A DNA stretch of 64,000 nucleotides. Origin: Lingula anatina. Taxonomy: Eukaryota; Animalia; Brachiopoda. Below the pieces are notes generated by a model. It did not search any database. It was not told where the DNA came from and saw only the letters and a program-made list of their open reading frames with translations. The position numbers and the translations under genes are program-made. The stretch is taken from assembly GCA_051362555.1 (NCBI GenBank), contig CM120649.1:19420567-19484566 (forward strand). Direction: 5' to 3'. Below are positions 10,801-25,800 of this stretch, piece after piece (within the stretch, counting starts at the first letter, position 1; the number at the start of each line of letters is the position of its first letter).

Positions 10801-13800
10801 TCCACAGACTGGGAATTAGCGATGAGAGGAATGAAAATTCTGAAGTCTAATTAACGAGGTGGTGAATCACTGAAAATATGAGTGGTTTCAAATACTGTGA
10901 AGTGATGTGTGTTTGTAGACCATATTTAGCCATTCTAATCCTCAATACTTCCAACTTATGATTTCACTAGAAAGTAGACTTCTTTTGAGTAATCACCACA
11001 ATATTTTTAATCTCAAGTCATCAAAATATTTTAATCTTAACAGTCACCCTTATATATATGTTAACTATAGTAGGTGCTTGTGTAGTTGTGTTTTAATTTT
11101 TTTTTCATCATGATGTTCACCCCTCTGGCATCTCCCAACACAAAAATAAGATCTACAGTTTTGTCTTACAGACATCGTACTTTTGCATTTCCTCCACAAT
11201 TACCAAAAATATTGAGGTTATAATTGTCTGATCAAACATACTGCCATCTGATGTCTCCACACCAACACACTATAGGGAGTTTGTTAAGAAGCAAGCAAAC
11301 ACTTTCTATTGTTTTCCTAACAAACAGAACCTCCTACTATTATCTATAACATTTGTTTCTAGGGTTAAACCAAAAGCAATTTAATGCCCTTGTAAATCAA
11401 TATGGGATAATTGGAGAGAAAAACGGGGAGATATTATCTCCGTATTAAGGTCAGGCCAAGTCTGAGACAAAGGAAGGAAAAACGGGATGAATGGATCTCG
11501 TACTCATTTCACGTTCATTTCACATGATGTCAGTTTCATCAGTCGTCAATTTCTTCTGATGCGTGTCGATTTCACATGGTAATGAACAAATGCGGTTTCC
11601 CAGTCAACAAGAGAAATGAGGAAGTAGACAAACATTACGGATGAAATGTCCAATAACGTTGTGTTGTCAGTCAATAGGACGATATTATCCTGCATTCAAT
11701 TTCTTCAAGAAATGATTTATTTCACTTTTTACGGGAGAAAAATAGAAGCAGGATAATAAAAAGCCTTATCTCATCTTCTTTTCAGCATCTGCGTGCACAA
11801 TTTACCATGAGGAAAATATGGTTTTAATGAAGACAAATCAATTTTCTATCTTTGTGGCTGATAAAAACATTTCCATCAATAAAGCTTTGAAAAACTGTCA
11901 AAATTATAGTTGTTGTGTCATGCTTTGCATCATCAGTATTCATTCTAACGTAGTTATCATCATTTCATTTCATCTCTATTTCCTACAAATCTAACTAACA
12001 AAATTGTAGTCTTCTATCAGAATTTTGACAGTTGAATCACACCCCTATTAAACCATACAGTGATAATAAGCCATGACAGTGCAACCATGAGATTCTTCTT
12101 ATAAGTGCTGATTATTCCAGTAAGCTTACTGGTAAAATTGCATTCCATGTATGTATGAGTAACTGTTCCATACGTAGTTGCTTTCTACACAAAACCTTTG
12201 CTGCTCAACCACTTACTTTTCAGTTACAATATGGAGAGGATTTAGTGATCAGCAAAAAAGCAATCATGATGATAACCAAACCCCTTGCCTGAAAATCCAT
12301 TAATAGATGCATTTATCTCCAAACAAAAAAATATCCAAAAGATAATTTTTCAGAGGTTGTAAGTGGAAATTAAAAGAGCAGGTTTAAAGAAACCAAAAAA
12401 CAATTCATCAGTCTGGATGGTCTTATCTCGCCAGAAGTAGAATAATGGTATTTTAAGTGGCCATTTTAGGAGAAATCTGGGTGGAATATTTCCCATGTGA
12501 AAGTAAATGCCTGCAAGGCGGACACAAATTCATCAAAATTCATATAACATTTGGCTGAAACTCAAAGGTTTTAATTGCCTAGAAAGACCCTTAAGACCAC
12601 GCTCATGCAAAGGAATGCTGGTTCTCTTGCCTAGCAGTCCAGTACAGAGAGCAAACCTTGCTATGAACACGAATGACTGAAATAGACAAAACACAGTGAT
12701 CAAACTGACAATATGATAAGTAGTATGAATATTACAGAATTTTATCCAAAATGTTGCAATGTATTTTATTAAACAGAATCACAGTAACAAACATGCTTCT
12801 TAGAAACAAAATAATTCACAAATTTTCCAGAGACTCAAGAAATCTATGAAGAGTATAGTAATCGACTGTCTTATGATTTGCCTCAGCAGAAAAAAAGTCA
12901 TATTCAAGCTTTTCACTATGATTTTCTCTAACATTACCAAATACCCAAGAATCAATACAGAGTACAGCAATCCTTCACTGGGGGACAACACCCATCTATC
13001 ACTGTACTATGAACAGAGGCAGGCTAGCAGTAATGAGCTAAACATGAGCAGATAAATCTGATCATTTGTCACTTAGCATGTATTTGCACCCATTTATTGG
13101 ACCACAGTGCTTTAAGCCATCATTTTCAGTGGGTTTGCATTAGAACAGGAAGGGATAATGAATCAGCCATTAAAATCAATGAACAGAGGTTGGGTGGGGG
13201 GGATTTTTCTTTTCTTATTTCAAAATAAAGTGATTACTGCAGCTGATCGTCACTGTGTAGGCAGAGAGAGGGGAACATATGTGGCATGATTTGAGGGATA
13301 TACCCCCCCCCCCCCCCCATCACCAGCACCACTGGTTTTACTTAGTTCACTCAACTGAGGAAAGTGGGCCTACATCATAAAATGAAAGCTATTGTTTCAG
13401 GCCAATTTTCTACATTTCAATAGACCCCAGGGCCTGTAGATCTCTTCTAGATTGAAACTAGCAGTCCCAATCTTTCAGTTACAAATTCCAGACCAACTTT
13501 CAAGTTCTGATCATTTCTTTCACGATACAGATTTCGGAATTCCATCAGAAGGAGACAAACAATGGCCACCCCAATTTATCTCCTTGCTGCACCCTTCAAC
13601 TGTAGTCTGCCCAGGTGTAACTACCACAGCTTTAACTGTACATGCAATCTTCAACTTCTTTTCATACCCACTCATGTAGCTAATACACCAATGGGTGGTC
13701 CTCACAGGGAAGAGCTGATGGCTTTTCACGTTTCCAGTTCAGATAATACCGATACCAAATCCGCCCGCTTTTTTACCCCTATGAGCTTGATTAAATCTTG

Positions 13801-16800
13801 TGGAGTTAAATGGAGTTGTTTTGATCTCTTGATTTAGGTTCTACACAAGAAGTGGAATGAAAATGTTTAAAATGCAGAGCCTGGAGTTGCATAAAGAGAG
13901 TCCAGAATGTTTATATCTAAAACATGAAAACTGATTCTATAGAATGTTGGAATTTTTCTACATGAACTGACACAATCTCGTTAACTTTTAACTCAAGCTC
14001 TTTTTTTTAATTCAGCCCTTTTAGAAATCAGTTAAGCAGGGTCTGGGGGGGATCATTTCTACCAATAACTCAAGTCATCAAAGGTGACAACAACGCTACG
14101 GTAAGCATTATAGAACCTAGCGTTAAGGTGATATAAAGTGACATAATAAATCGTGTGACACATGCAAGGACACGTGCTGAGCTGTCATCAACTATATACA
14201 TGTCTCTTTTTAAGTTACACCTGCTAAACACCTCCACTGCGTAGCTAAGCTGTAGTGAAACTGGAAGAATTTATCTTTTCTTTTTGGTCCAATATCAGGC
14301 TTTATTAAGTTCTGGAGAAACAGATTTTAAAACATTCTTGATGCATTTAGTGCATATCCACCGAAGCATGTTCAAAATGTTTTACTTTTATTGCTTAATA
14401 CGTAGAAGACAATGAGAGAACTAAGTATCTTGTTAATATAATTTTTAAGGCTTTTTGTTGTTACTCATCTAAATCTAAATTCCTGGTCTTCATTGGCTCA
14501 CTATTAACACAATCCTTTTAAGAATGTTTTCACTTTGCCAGCTAATCACCCAGTGATTTTCAACAAAAATAAAATTACCATTTCACAAAGGATTTCCAAG
14601 AAATAACAGACAAAACCCAGCCCTATCAAGGCCAGACAATGGGCTGTCACTTCAATCCTCTAATCCAATACCACGTCCATAATGTTCACAACATACAGAC
14701 CAGGCACTTTATTATTAATACGGCAATGAAATAAAGACCAGTCAATAATGGCGAGGATTAACTAAGTTTGGCTTCCCAGTCACATTAACTATTAATTTCT
14801 ACAAAATGCCACATTTGAGGAGAGTAATTCTGGGTGGCGAGTAGAGACTGATGGTTGTCCATAACACAGCGAGATGGATGCGGACTTCATTGTTATGATC
14901 ATATTAGCTATTTATTCAAACTTAATTGCACAATATGATTGTTTTTAAATGTGAACCAGACACAACCCTAGCATAGCATGGCACCAGATAGTGGAAGTTT
15001 TCACTGTGTCAGAGTTCTACTAATTCCATCGAAAATCTATGCAAATTTGGCATCCAAGAGCACTGGCTTAGCAGTGTGATTCAGAGATAATTCTGGCATA
15101 ATTCTGGGATTAAAGAGGATTATCTAACCATCTTTAATCTTAATATATCCATTATCTACGTTTCTATCTAATACTGTGCACCCCCACCCCTAAATAGCAG
15201 AGATTAGTGTTATATTCAGCTAGAGATGCCATGATCGGTTGAATTAAAGCCACACCAGTTGTAAAATTCCTGCGTTTCTAGGAGGTTCTCAGCACTCTGA
15301 GGTGGCAAAGGGCTCCTGGTAAATTATCACGGAAATCACAAAGCTCCAGGAAATTACATGTGAAATTAGTCTCAATTCCAGACAGAATTGTTGCCAGCAA
15401 TATCAAAGGGGTCTTCAGGACCTGCTTACTAAACTCAAATTCATAGAGTCTAGATAAACTTATACTTTATTCCTGTTCTTTCTCTCAATGCTGCAGATTT
15501 CTCTAAGAATCAAGGACAAGAAAGGACCATTTGTTCTGCAGAGCTACCAATCTTCCACTTTTACCTTGTTAATTGACTGGACAGTGTTTTCAATTTCCAC
15601 ACTACAAGCAGTAATAATGATTTCCAACATGACAATTTCAATTAAAAAGAAAAACTGTTGACTTGGGTTTTCTATAGTTCAACAACATTAAACTTTCCTT
15701 TCATTACAGAAGATAAAAGACATGATAACAGAAAAACAGAAAACATCTAAAACAGAAAATGAATTCAGTCATGTTAATATGAGGAACACATAAAATTTAT
15801 ATATAACAAGATTGTTCTTATTTTTTTTTTTTTTTTGTTCCATCAGTTGTAGAACACACAAGTACTTAGATTCTGTATAATTAGGAGCAGATTAAGTAAA
15901 ACCTAACAACTGGTACAATTGATAGATAACAGCAAACATAACAAGATCCAGAATCAGACAAAAATTTGATAAAATCACTATTAATTTTGCCCTCCGGACT
16001 TTGTTCTATTGTTCATCCCATACCATATTGCCTGTGGTTTCTGTCTGTGAGCGACCAGTTATGCGGCTACACACTCCAACAATGGACCTGTCAATGCCAC
16101 TTTGATGAAATGAAATCTGCAGCACAGTCATCATCATTTCTTTTATTTAAAACAATTACTATAGAAATCTTTATCTTCTCTTTTCTATTTTTTTTCTCCA
16201 CACACACAGGCATTGTATTATCTTTGACCACAAATAAAATTTAAATTATTGTGGCCACTTGTCAACAAACAACGTATAACATTTAGCTGAGTCAGACACT
16301 AGGAGTGCAAAATCTTTGTTTTTTTATGAATAAAAGGGAAATTCATGCAATCATCAAAGGAAAAAAACATGACACCTACATAAAACATTTTGTGGAAATT
16401 TTGGGGTACAATACATGGTGGAATATTTGTAAATCCACATGTTTTCAACAGATCTCAATGTTGTTTTAAAAGTATATTTGACACAACTATGTCCCCTGAG
16501 GTGAAGTCTTACAACAAGGTCTTCTGTACCTGGCAAAGTACTGAGGCAGTCCCTGCCAAACATGCTGAAGGGGACCCCTCTTCATCTTCATATTTCTCTG
16601 TCACAGATGGGAGGGGGGTCCCTTGGTGCAACAAGGACAGGGAGACAGTGAGAGGTTACAGTGTCCCAAGTCCTTGAGTAAGATGGTGGAATTATGATAA
16701 GCAGGGAGATGAAGTAAGTGACCATTGAATGTTAATGAATTGTGAGAGAGAGAGAGAGAGAGAGAGAGTGAGAGAGAGAGAGAGTTAAACTATTAGCCTG

Positions 16801-19800
16801 GTGACCAGTGCAAATAACAGACCATGCCCTCGATCACTTCCCATAGGACTTTTAGTAGACATTGTTATAGATTATTCATGGTATAATTTAGATCCCACTG
16901 CTATGGCAATTAGTCACCGAGTTTAAATAAAACTTGACTTGATAGATTTCCCAAAATAATATTTTGAGAGATATTCCTGAAGAAAAGGGTGATACAGAAG
17001 TTGAGTTGGATTGAGATTAGAGAGAAGACTTTGTGAATAACTTCAATTAATAAACCTTTACACAATTAAAAGATGGAATACTTACGTGATTGGAATAATG
17101 TGAATCAATACCATTATATACATATCAAAAATGCAGACAAAGTAACATAATGTGTGCCATCACACCCAGTGCTGCAGCCACTATACCACATAACAAATGA
17201 CTTTACGAGACTTCTGATTAGTTAATCACCTCTCAACCATTACTCTGGTTAATTTTTCATGAACTTCGGGCTCTCATAATCTGAGTGAACACGACAAACG
17301 GAAGTATATGTAGTATTAATAAATGATACAGGATCCATTAAGAGGAGTAATGGTCTCTGACAGTCTGGCCCATACATATGTAGAGAGGAGAGGAAGGTAA
17401 TGGGATGAACACTACTATATGGACCTTCTCACATCACATAGTGTACTTAGTGAAACAGCCTGGACCAGTTCACTTTTACAGATGGACTATTTAATAGCAT
17501 GGCTCTTAGATAAGAGTGCAACCTACACTGACTCTCCCTCCAACACACGCATCCACGCACATGCACACACAGGGCCTAAAAATTAACTTATCTAACAGGA
17601 ATCAAATTTGCAGAAGAGAGTAACATCTTGGTTGCGTAATTACATGCAAGGACTTGTATAAGTACACCAGTCCAGTTCAGTGTAAGAAGGGCTATAAATA
17701 TCCCCCCCCCCATTACAACTCAGCACCGAGTATTCCCTCTTAACCCTGCAGACAACCTCCACCCTGAAGCTGTCAAACTGTACAGCTTTCGAGGGCGACC
17801 TGTCTTGTAGAGCTGTGTTATATGACATTACAAATACAGGACACGACCTTACGTGACAATGCACGAGCTTTTTGTCACTAAACTGAGTTCAGTGTGACAC
17901 AGTGACAGAGTGAGCACACCTGGAAGTGATGCCTTGGTGACAGGGACACAGAGGCATGCCGGGGGCGGAGGGGGGCGGGGCAGTGACATGTCAGGTATGC
18001 CTGTCCCACATCCAGTACACATTGACAGTAACATATGGAGAAGAGCCACCAACTATGTTCATGATGTAGGCAATAACCATTACCATCTCATGTATCTTTG
18101 AAAGTATACTGAAAAGGTATGGCCTTGTGGCACTTGTAGTGGCCAGGGGTTCTTTTTCTGAAACAGTGGACCTTTTAACCCCTCAGATAACGGAACTTCA
18201 GAAATGGTACAGAACCTAGATTGAACTTTGATCCAGAGTGGATCTCTGGCATTCAAAACCAAAAACCAAGTATACAAACAACATAAATGAAAGTAGCCTA
18301 CCCACCCCTTTTTAAAAAGGAATTAAAATTTAAAACAAACACTTTGTCTTGGATTTACAAGCAGAAAAACATGTTTTGGCAAAGGAACGTTAAAAAAAAA
18401 AGAACAGGTTTTCTTAACCCCCAGAACAAGATCTGTCTTTGATCACAGAGACTTGATAATTACAGGGTGTTTCCAAAACTAATGTAATGTCCTCAATAAA
18501 CAAAAAGTTCAACAGGATTCCTGTAGGGAGGCACTGCTTGCTATCACACCCAGACATCTGGTATACACACTTACTACAATCTTAAAACAATCTCAGTCCT
18601 ACAGCAAAAAAGAAGAAGAAAACACATTTTAAAACAAGTTACATTACAAATACCACTGTGAAGATAAAAAAACGAGCTTCTTTGTTGTTTTGGCTGTGTT
18701 CTTTCTTATATCAAGATTGCAATTTTGGGCCACAACATTTTTCACAAATTTTCAACATTCATCATCACTGTAATCAACATGATGTACAATTAGGGGAAAA
18801 CATCCTGCAATAATAGAACTTCAATCATGTCTTTCCCTGAACCAGGGGCCCAAATTATACGTTCAAACACAACAAAAGCCGACAATGAGGAACGTGCCAG
18901 CCATCTTGTTCAAAATGGGGTGTGCATTTTGACAGAATCAAGATCGTTCACAGTGAACAACCAGGGCTGTGGCAGAGAGATGTCACGTATCTGATATCAT
19001 CCGATGTCTTAATGGAGCTCTGGTGCCAGATTTCTCCACTGTTATAGGAAACAGAGTTAAATATATGTGGCTAGCACAAGAGACCCAAGAGTAAATACTC
19101 CCCAGACTGGGGTATCTGACACAATACAACCTGCTGATAAATATTTGGGAGTTTTTCACTGAATACCAAACAAAACTGATCGTGGTTAAAATAATACTGT
19201 CATTCCTCAACTTTTATCCTTGTATCCTGAATGGTTAATCAGACTAATGTCAGACATTTTTTTCACATTTACTCTAATTTCTGCAATCGTTCACTATATT
19301 CCCTAGTTTTTTCTTGAATAATTAATTTGGAGATGCCAACTGGCTTTCCTGGTGGCAATACCCATGAAAACAAATCCTGATAAACTGACACTAGAATCCC
19401 TAAATAGCAATCCTTTCTCCATCCAACACTAAGCCAACCATTCCACATTTACCTCAATTTCTGAGAACAACACTTAAATTCACACCAGTCACTTCAGTGA
19501 AACTTCTCTCCTGTTGTTCTTATTATCACATATCTCTAATCTTAGTTCATATTTTCCAAGAACACCTGTTATTCCTGGGAGATCAGTGTAATACTTAGTT
19601 CAGCTTAGCCAGCTTTTAGTAAGATGACACATGTAAGCTGCTCTTCTATCTTCTTATCTGAGGTTTAACTGTGTATTAGAACCCTAAGAAGTTATCATAT
19701 TAATAATTAGATCAGAGTTACCTCTAAGCCAAAAACTTAGACCCCGTTTCCAGAGATTAGATCGATCTACTTTAGATCGACCTAACTCCCTGGGGGTTCA

Positions 19801-22800
19801 CACTAAATAGCTGTCAGCCGAGCGGACACGAAAGTTAATTACCTCCTTACAGCTTGTAGTAGGTGGGACGGACATTTAAGCCGGATTATCTGACAGTAAT
19901 CTAGTGAGATTCCCTGCGGGGATAGATTGATCTAAAAGCTCTGGGAACACAGCCTTAAACTTATCACTAAGGATCCAGCTCCCCGTTGTTAGTTATTTGC
20001 ATCCTCCCCCCCCCCCTTCCCTCCTTAGCCATCCATCTTTTAAACTCCTTAGCAATCAATAAAATTTCAAACATTTTCCACCTAAAACCCAAAAACTTGT
20101 TCCTTCTATGAAAAAAAGGGACAAAAACAATCAAACATGCCAGCTTGTCAGATAAACCAAACAGACAAATGAGAATTCTATGGGAAATGGCAGCTGGTAA
20201 AAAAAAGGACTTTATTGTTCCATGTCAGCCATGAGAAGGCTTGGGAGGTCAGGATTATCCAGTATTACATTATAACAGATAACACAGCTTCAGCGCTGGC
20301 GAAATTGAATTTTGATGATGATGGAATATGGTGAGCATACACAGCCAGCATAGTGCAGGCACTCATTTTTTTCCACTTGACATTTAATTTCCTTTATTTC
20401 ATGGATGAAAAACATATCATCAGAGAAAAAAGTGACATGTTCAAACACTGACACGTTCCTAGGCAAAAATGATCTTTTTTCTAAAAAGTTCTAGATCAAA
20501 CAATATGGTAGCACTCATTCCTGTGTTGGATGTGACAATGTGTTAGGTGTGACAATGTGTTAGGTGTGACAATGTGTTAGGTGTGACAGTGTGTTAGATG
20601 TGACAATGTGTTAGGTGTGACAGTGTTAAATGTGGCAGTATGTTAGATATGACAGTGTGTTGGGTATGACATATTCTTGCTGTATCAAGGTGTCAGGCAT
20701 GGCACCTACCTGCTGTCGGATCTTCTCGCTGCCTTCCTGCAGGTTCATGATGGCCTCAGAAATCTTCACGTCCATGGGGTCCACAACCTGCTCAATGTTG
20801 AATGATGTCATCAGACGGTTGGCAACCTTGATAAGTTCATCTGAAAATAACAAAATTCCTTTCTTTAGAATATGAAAAATTGGTCTCTTGGATTTGTTTA
20901 GAATACACAAAATGACTGAAAGGCTGAAGTCCTAAAACTGAAATGTTAAGAATTTACATGATATGCAAAGTAAAAAGTGGTTAATGGACTTTTTTTTCTG
21001 TTCAACATATATGCAAATTGTTTTTATAGAACCTCAGCTCATAACAGTGTTGTCCAAATATTTTTGTAAAAAAAAATCATTTACTTACTTATTTTTGCAG
21101 ATGACATAATTGCAAGATATAACAAGAGATAACTTTTTTCCCACTTCCCTTTTTGTTGATACAATGCATTGTGGTTTACCAAACAGGAAATTCTAATGCA
21201 ATTCAGGCATCAAGCAAGAATTGTCATCATACCAACATTTACCAACTGCTTCCATTCAACAATTACATCATTATTTTTTATCAACGAAAGTCTACCCTCC
21301 CTTCCGCTTAGTGTCACACCCATCTTTGGTTTGTGTCAGACCACTTGACAGCGTTCACTGTGGCTTATCTCGTTAAAAAACAAATCCGCGTTAAGGGGCA
21401 TTTCAAAGGATGCAATAAAAACGACTAATCAATTGCAATACTCAGAATATCTTTGACTTCTTGAACAGACCTAAACACATTATCTTCCTGAAAAAAAAAA
21501 ACAAAAAAAAACGCATCAATCAATTTACAAAGGGATCCTTTTTAAAAATTGGCACATAAAGCACATGTTCATATCTCCAACGGCAAACATTCCTTCTGTA
21601 AGAGCTCCGTGTCTGTTTCTTTTCTAACTTCAAACACTTTGCTTTTCACAGTGTCAGCCTTGGTCTTATTTTAGACATGCTCCATTTATAAGTACTCTTT
21701 CCAAGGCAGGAGATCTTCAAACATTCTTGACAATTAGATTACCTAGACTTTCTTTCATTTCTTTCCCATTTTTTTGTTTCTTTTCTTTCCATCTTTTTTT
21801 TTTTTTTGTGAGTGTGTCAGGTGAGGGGGGGGTAGTGCACATTCATAAAACCAAAGACTCAGTAGCTCTTTGATTCAACATTTTCTTTCTTTTAAAATAA
21901 ACTCCAAATGAACTATATATAAGGACAAATTGAATTATGTTTACTGCAAAACATAATCTGAGGGCATTCAAAGCTCATGATTATATAATTATCATGAAAC
22001 GCCATTTTTTTTTTTAGAGTAAAGACATGGGTTTTGGGTTGGGAATTATGACGTATTTTCCTCCTCTTATTAATCTATCAACAGTTGGAATGTTGAACCT
22101 GTTTTCTTTCTTCTTTTTCCAAACCCTGTTTCTTTCATTCTCAAATCCAAATATTTGTAGCTGTGTATTTATGGTATGGCCCTCATACCACATATGTACA
22201 AACTAAACAGTACATGTGTACAAACTGTACAGCATACAGACAACAAGAAGACAATTTCCAGGCATTTCTTTCTTTCTTGAGAGCAAAATTTTAATGGAAC
22301 AGCTATGTTGAACTTTTATCACAAGGGCTAAATTATTTAGGTTAAATTTCGAGTTCTTGCGCAAATCCTGTAAAAATCTGAATATTTGAGGAATACCCAG
22401 TGACACTGAAAATATCAAGTTTGTTCACTGTCTATACTTGGGTTTTGAATGCCCCAGGTAAAAGGGGCTACATTTTGTCAAATGTTGTAACATCATAAGC
22501 CCCTTCAGTCTAAGTTCATATTTACAAAGGCATCCACATCTAGTCTGTCATACAATGTCAACAACAGGTCAACAACAGGTCAACAATAGGTCAACACTGA
22601 GTGTATCAACAAAAGGCCTATGTCAGTAGACACAGGTCAACAAGAAGTGGACAGACACAACAGTGGCCTCTGTAAGCCGGACCCTTCAAGCCACAATTCC
22701 CTCAGAGACTGTCAATATTGAACTTCTCCAGTGGAAAGAGGCAGGAATGTCAAGTATGAGAAGTATGTTGTTCTGAGGGAGAGGAGATCAAACTGCTGGC

Positions 22801-25800
22801 GAAGGTTAGCAAAATATTGACTAGAATATCTCCACTGATTCTGCATACCTGCTGAAATAACCCAGACAGACAAGACAATAACACCATAACTTCAAATAGG
22901 ATTTTACTGCTATTGGACTGATAATGCTGTATGTGTGTCTGTGTCTGTGTGTGTGTGTGTGTATGCACGTGCACCCATTTATGTGTGAAAGAAAAATATT
23001 CAGATACAGAACATAAACACGCCTTATGACAAATCTTCTCCCCCCCCCACCCCCGACCCTGCCCTCTTTACAAACTTCTCTACATCAGTATAGGATGACT
23101 AATGTATCAACAATTGGGGATTAATGAGGATTAACACCTGGTAATCCATCTTAATCAGCTCCTCCCCTGTGTCCACCCTGGGTCCACTCCAGTCCAGTGG
23201 ACAACTGCCCACTTAATGACCCAATGAACAATACACCTGAATGTTAGAATTTCAAGAGTCCTGTTACTCTTTACACCAGCTTTATACACTCCCAGGGCCC
23301 CTCATGTTATAATGTTATAACCTCTAAGGTCCTGGAAATGGATTATTAGAACTCAGGTATCAAATAATTCATGTTTGTCCACTTCCACATCCCATAATGT
23401 TACCACTGAACATGGATGATGGTGATTGGTCAGGACTGGTCACCTGATGCTGTCACCTGACTCCAGGTTGTGAACTCTTGGCCCAGACATTTTAGACTCT
23501 AGATGGAAGAACTTAATTCCTGTGTTCTTGCCTAAATGGAAACTATTTAAAGATTGGCAGTGATGCCACAGACCAAAGAAAAATGTTGACTTAAGATGGT
23601 CACCTTTTGAACCTTGCATGTGGAAAGTTGTACCTGATGAACGTTAACCTGCTATTTGACAGGACAGGGGCCTCTGTACTGTGTCACCAGGGGGTCCTTT
23701 TCTAAATTGTCACTTCTTTTAGCCATATACAGAGCTAGGGATATATCAACATACAGGACACAAATGGCTAGTCATACACACAGACACACAGATACTTTAA
23801 TGTATCTTAACACCCTGACAACTTTCATTTGCAAGTATACAAGGCTATCACATAATCCTAAACAGAATTTCTGGTAGAAAAAGAATAATATTACCAATTA
23901 AGTACTCATCCCTACGATGTGATAACTTACTGATATATTTGTTCCATTCAGAGTTCAGCTCAGCCTGGTAGGCAAGGCAACCCTTCATAACATTGAGACA
24001 GTAATTATTGCAAGGCTTAATGGTGGGCAATCCACTGCAGTAGGAGCAGTACATCATCTTCATCAGTGACTTCCTACAGTTGTGGTAGGGCTGGATCTGA
24101 AATGGAAGAAATAGAGACATAAGCCTACTCTTGTTTCCATTGTACTCATATAATAACCAGCTTTTCTGTATTCTTCTCAACACCAGGGGGAGGCATGGTA
24201 AATCTGTTAACTTGATTGCATTCAGCAAGAGTCTCTGCAGAGTTGGATTGGTCTACATACAGTAGAGCAATAGTTTCATTGGAAATGAGCCCCCAGAAGC
24301 AGTCTGCAACTGAACCATGTGGTCTGAAGCGATCAGCTTAAAGGTCTGGCTTCAGACTAAATAAATCTTTGTACTTTTCAAAGTGACAAGCATGATCAGA
24401 CAAATGCATATTTCTGCAATATTTTTTTATTATTTTTCCATCATGTATAGCTTTCTTTGTTTAGACGGGTTATTTTCCATTTGAAAGGAGGAGTTTTGTA
24501 ACACTGATGCATCAGAGCAAAAAGGGAGGTTAGGTGACATCAAAATACTAATTTAGTTTTTCCTGCTACCTTTATCATCATGTAAGAATAGCAGTTCATA
24601 TAAGAAAGACTACACAATTGATCAGAGGAAACGTTGTTCACAAAAAAGAGTCTATTTAGACAGAGTAACTCCTAAAACATGTTCCTCATGCAAGTTAAAA
24701 CAATCATTTTATTGTACACTTTAGATAAACTGCGTCCATTTGATGCTTTGACAATAACAAAATTAAAAAATATATCATATAAAGCATGTTTTATGGCTTG
24801 TAATGACAAGTGAACTACCAAATTTTACCGCGATTTAGAGTATGATAGCGAGACATAGTGATATTTTATGAAGAAAGTCATTCAATATCATTTTGTGGTT
24901 GCTTTATTTAGAACAATTGTTAATAGATGATGATTGCCATGTTTTTTTTTAAATATATTTCTTCACAACAGTTTTTTTATGAATTCTTTGGAATAGGTGT
25001 TGTCCATTTTTTTCTCTTTTGGAAAAAAGGAAATTTTCTGCAATTTGCACTTTTCCCTATGAAGAACAAGTCAAATATATTCCAAAATGAAAAAAGCCAA
25101 CTTTTTCTACTTACACACACAAACTCCCGACAAGAAAATAAACAAAGACGTAATCAAAGAATGATGAAACAACACTGTTAGATTACAGCAGGTTTCCGAA
25201 TCTGCTAAATGCACTGGCTATCAAAACAGACGGTACGTTGTACTGGAAACTCCCACTTCCCCTACAGGGATAAAAACTCACCGCTGAATATTGTGCAACC
25301 AATCAAACATGATGAGAAACGTAACCGCATGTAATCGGTCGTAACGAGATGTAATCAGACGTAACAAGCAAATTAAGCCCTAATTGGTTCAATGAAGAAG
25401 AAAAGTTTGGACTTCATTTTGTTTTTTCTTTGCTTTTTTTCATTTTATTTTGGGGCCTGTGAATTTTCAATGCAGGGGCAAAGCTCTTCAATTCCTGAGT
25501 ATTCTGAAACCAACTATAGTTAAGATAACACCCAGAGCAACTTTCCAAAACAAAGATGGAATTTTTTTAGATTTTCACTTTAGTAATAATCAATGTTAGT
25601 CTACTTCAAAATTTTTTTATGTAAAATATTTCTTTTTATCTTTAAGTTTACATTCTTTCGCAGGTTCATGTTCTCCTGGTAAGAGATTTAACACTCTGAC
25701 AAATCAAAAACATCCATCTTTTATTTTCCACAAATTACCTTTCCAACTTGTAAAATGACATCTCTTCCAATCGCAAGCCCCTGCATGAACGTGCGTGCAG

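Noticed and set aside
17952-18005. Cluster of p53-like half sites (AGGCATGCCG, TGACATGTCA, AGGTATGCCT)
   Set aside because: The half sites carry multiple mismatches, including the core C, and no clean paired element forms.
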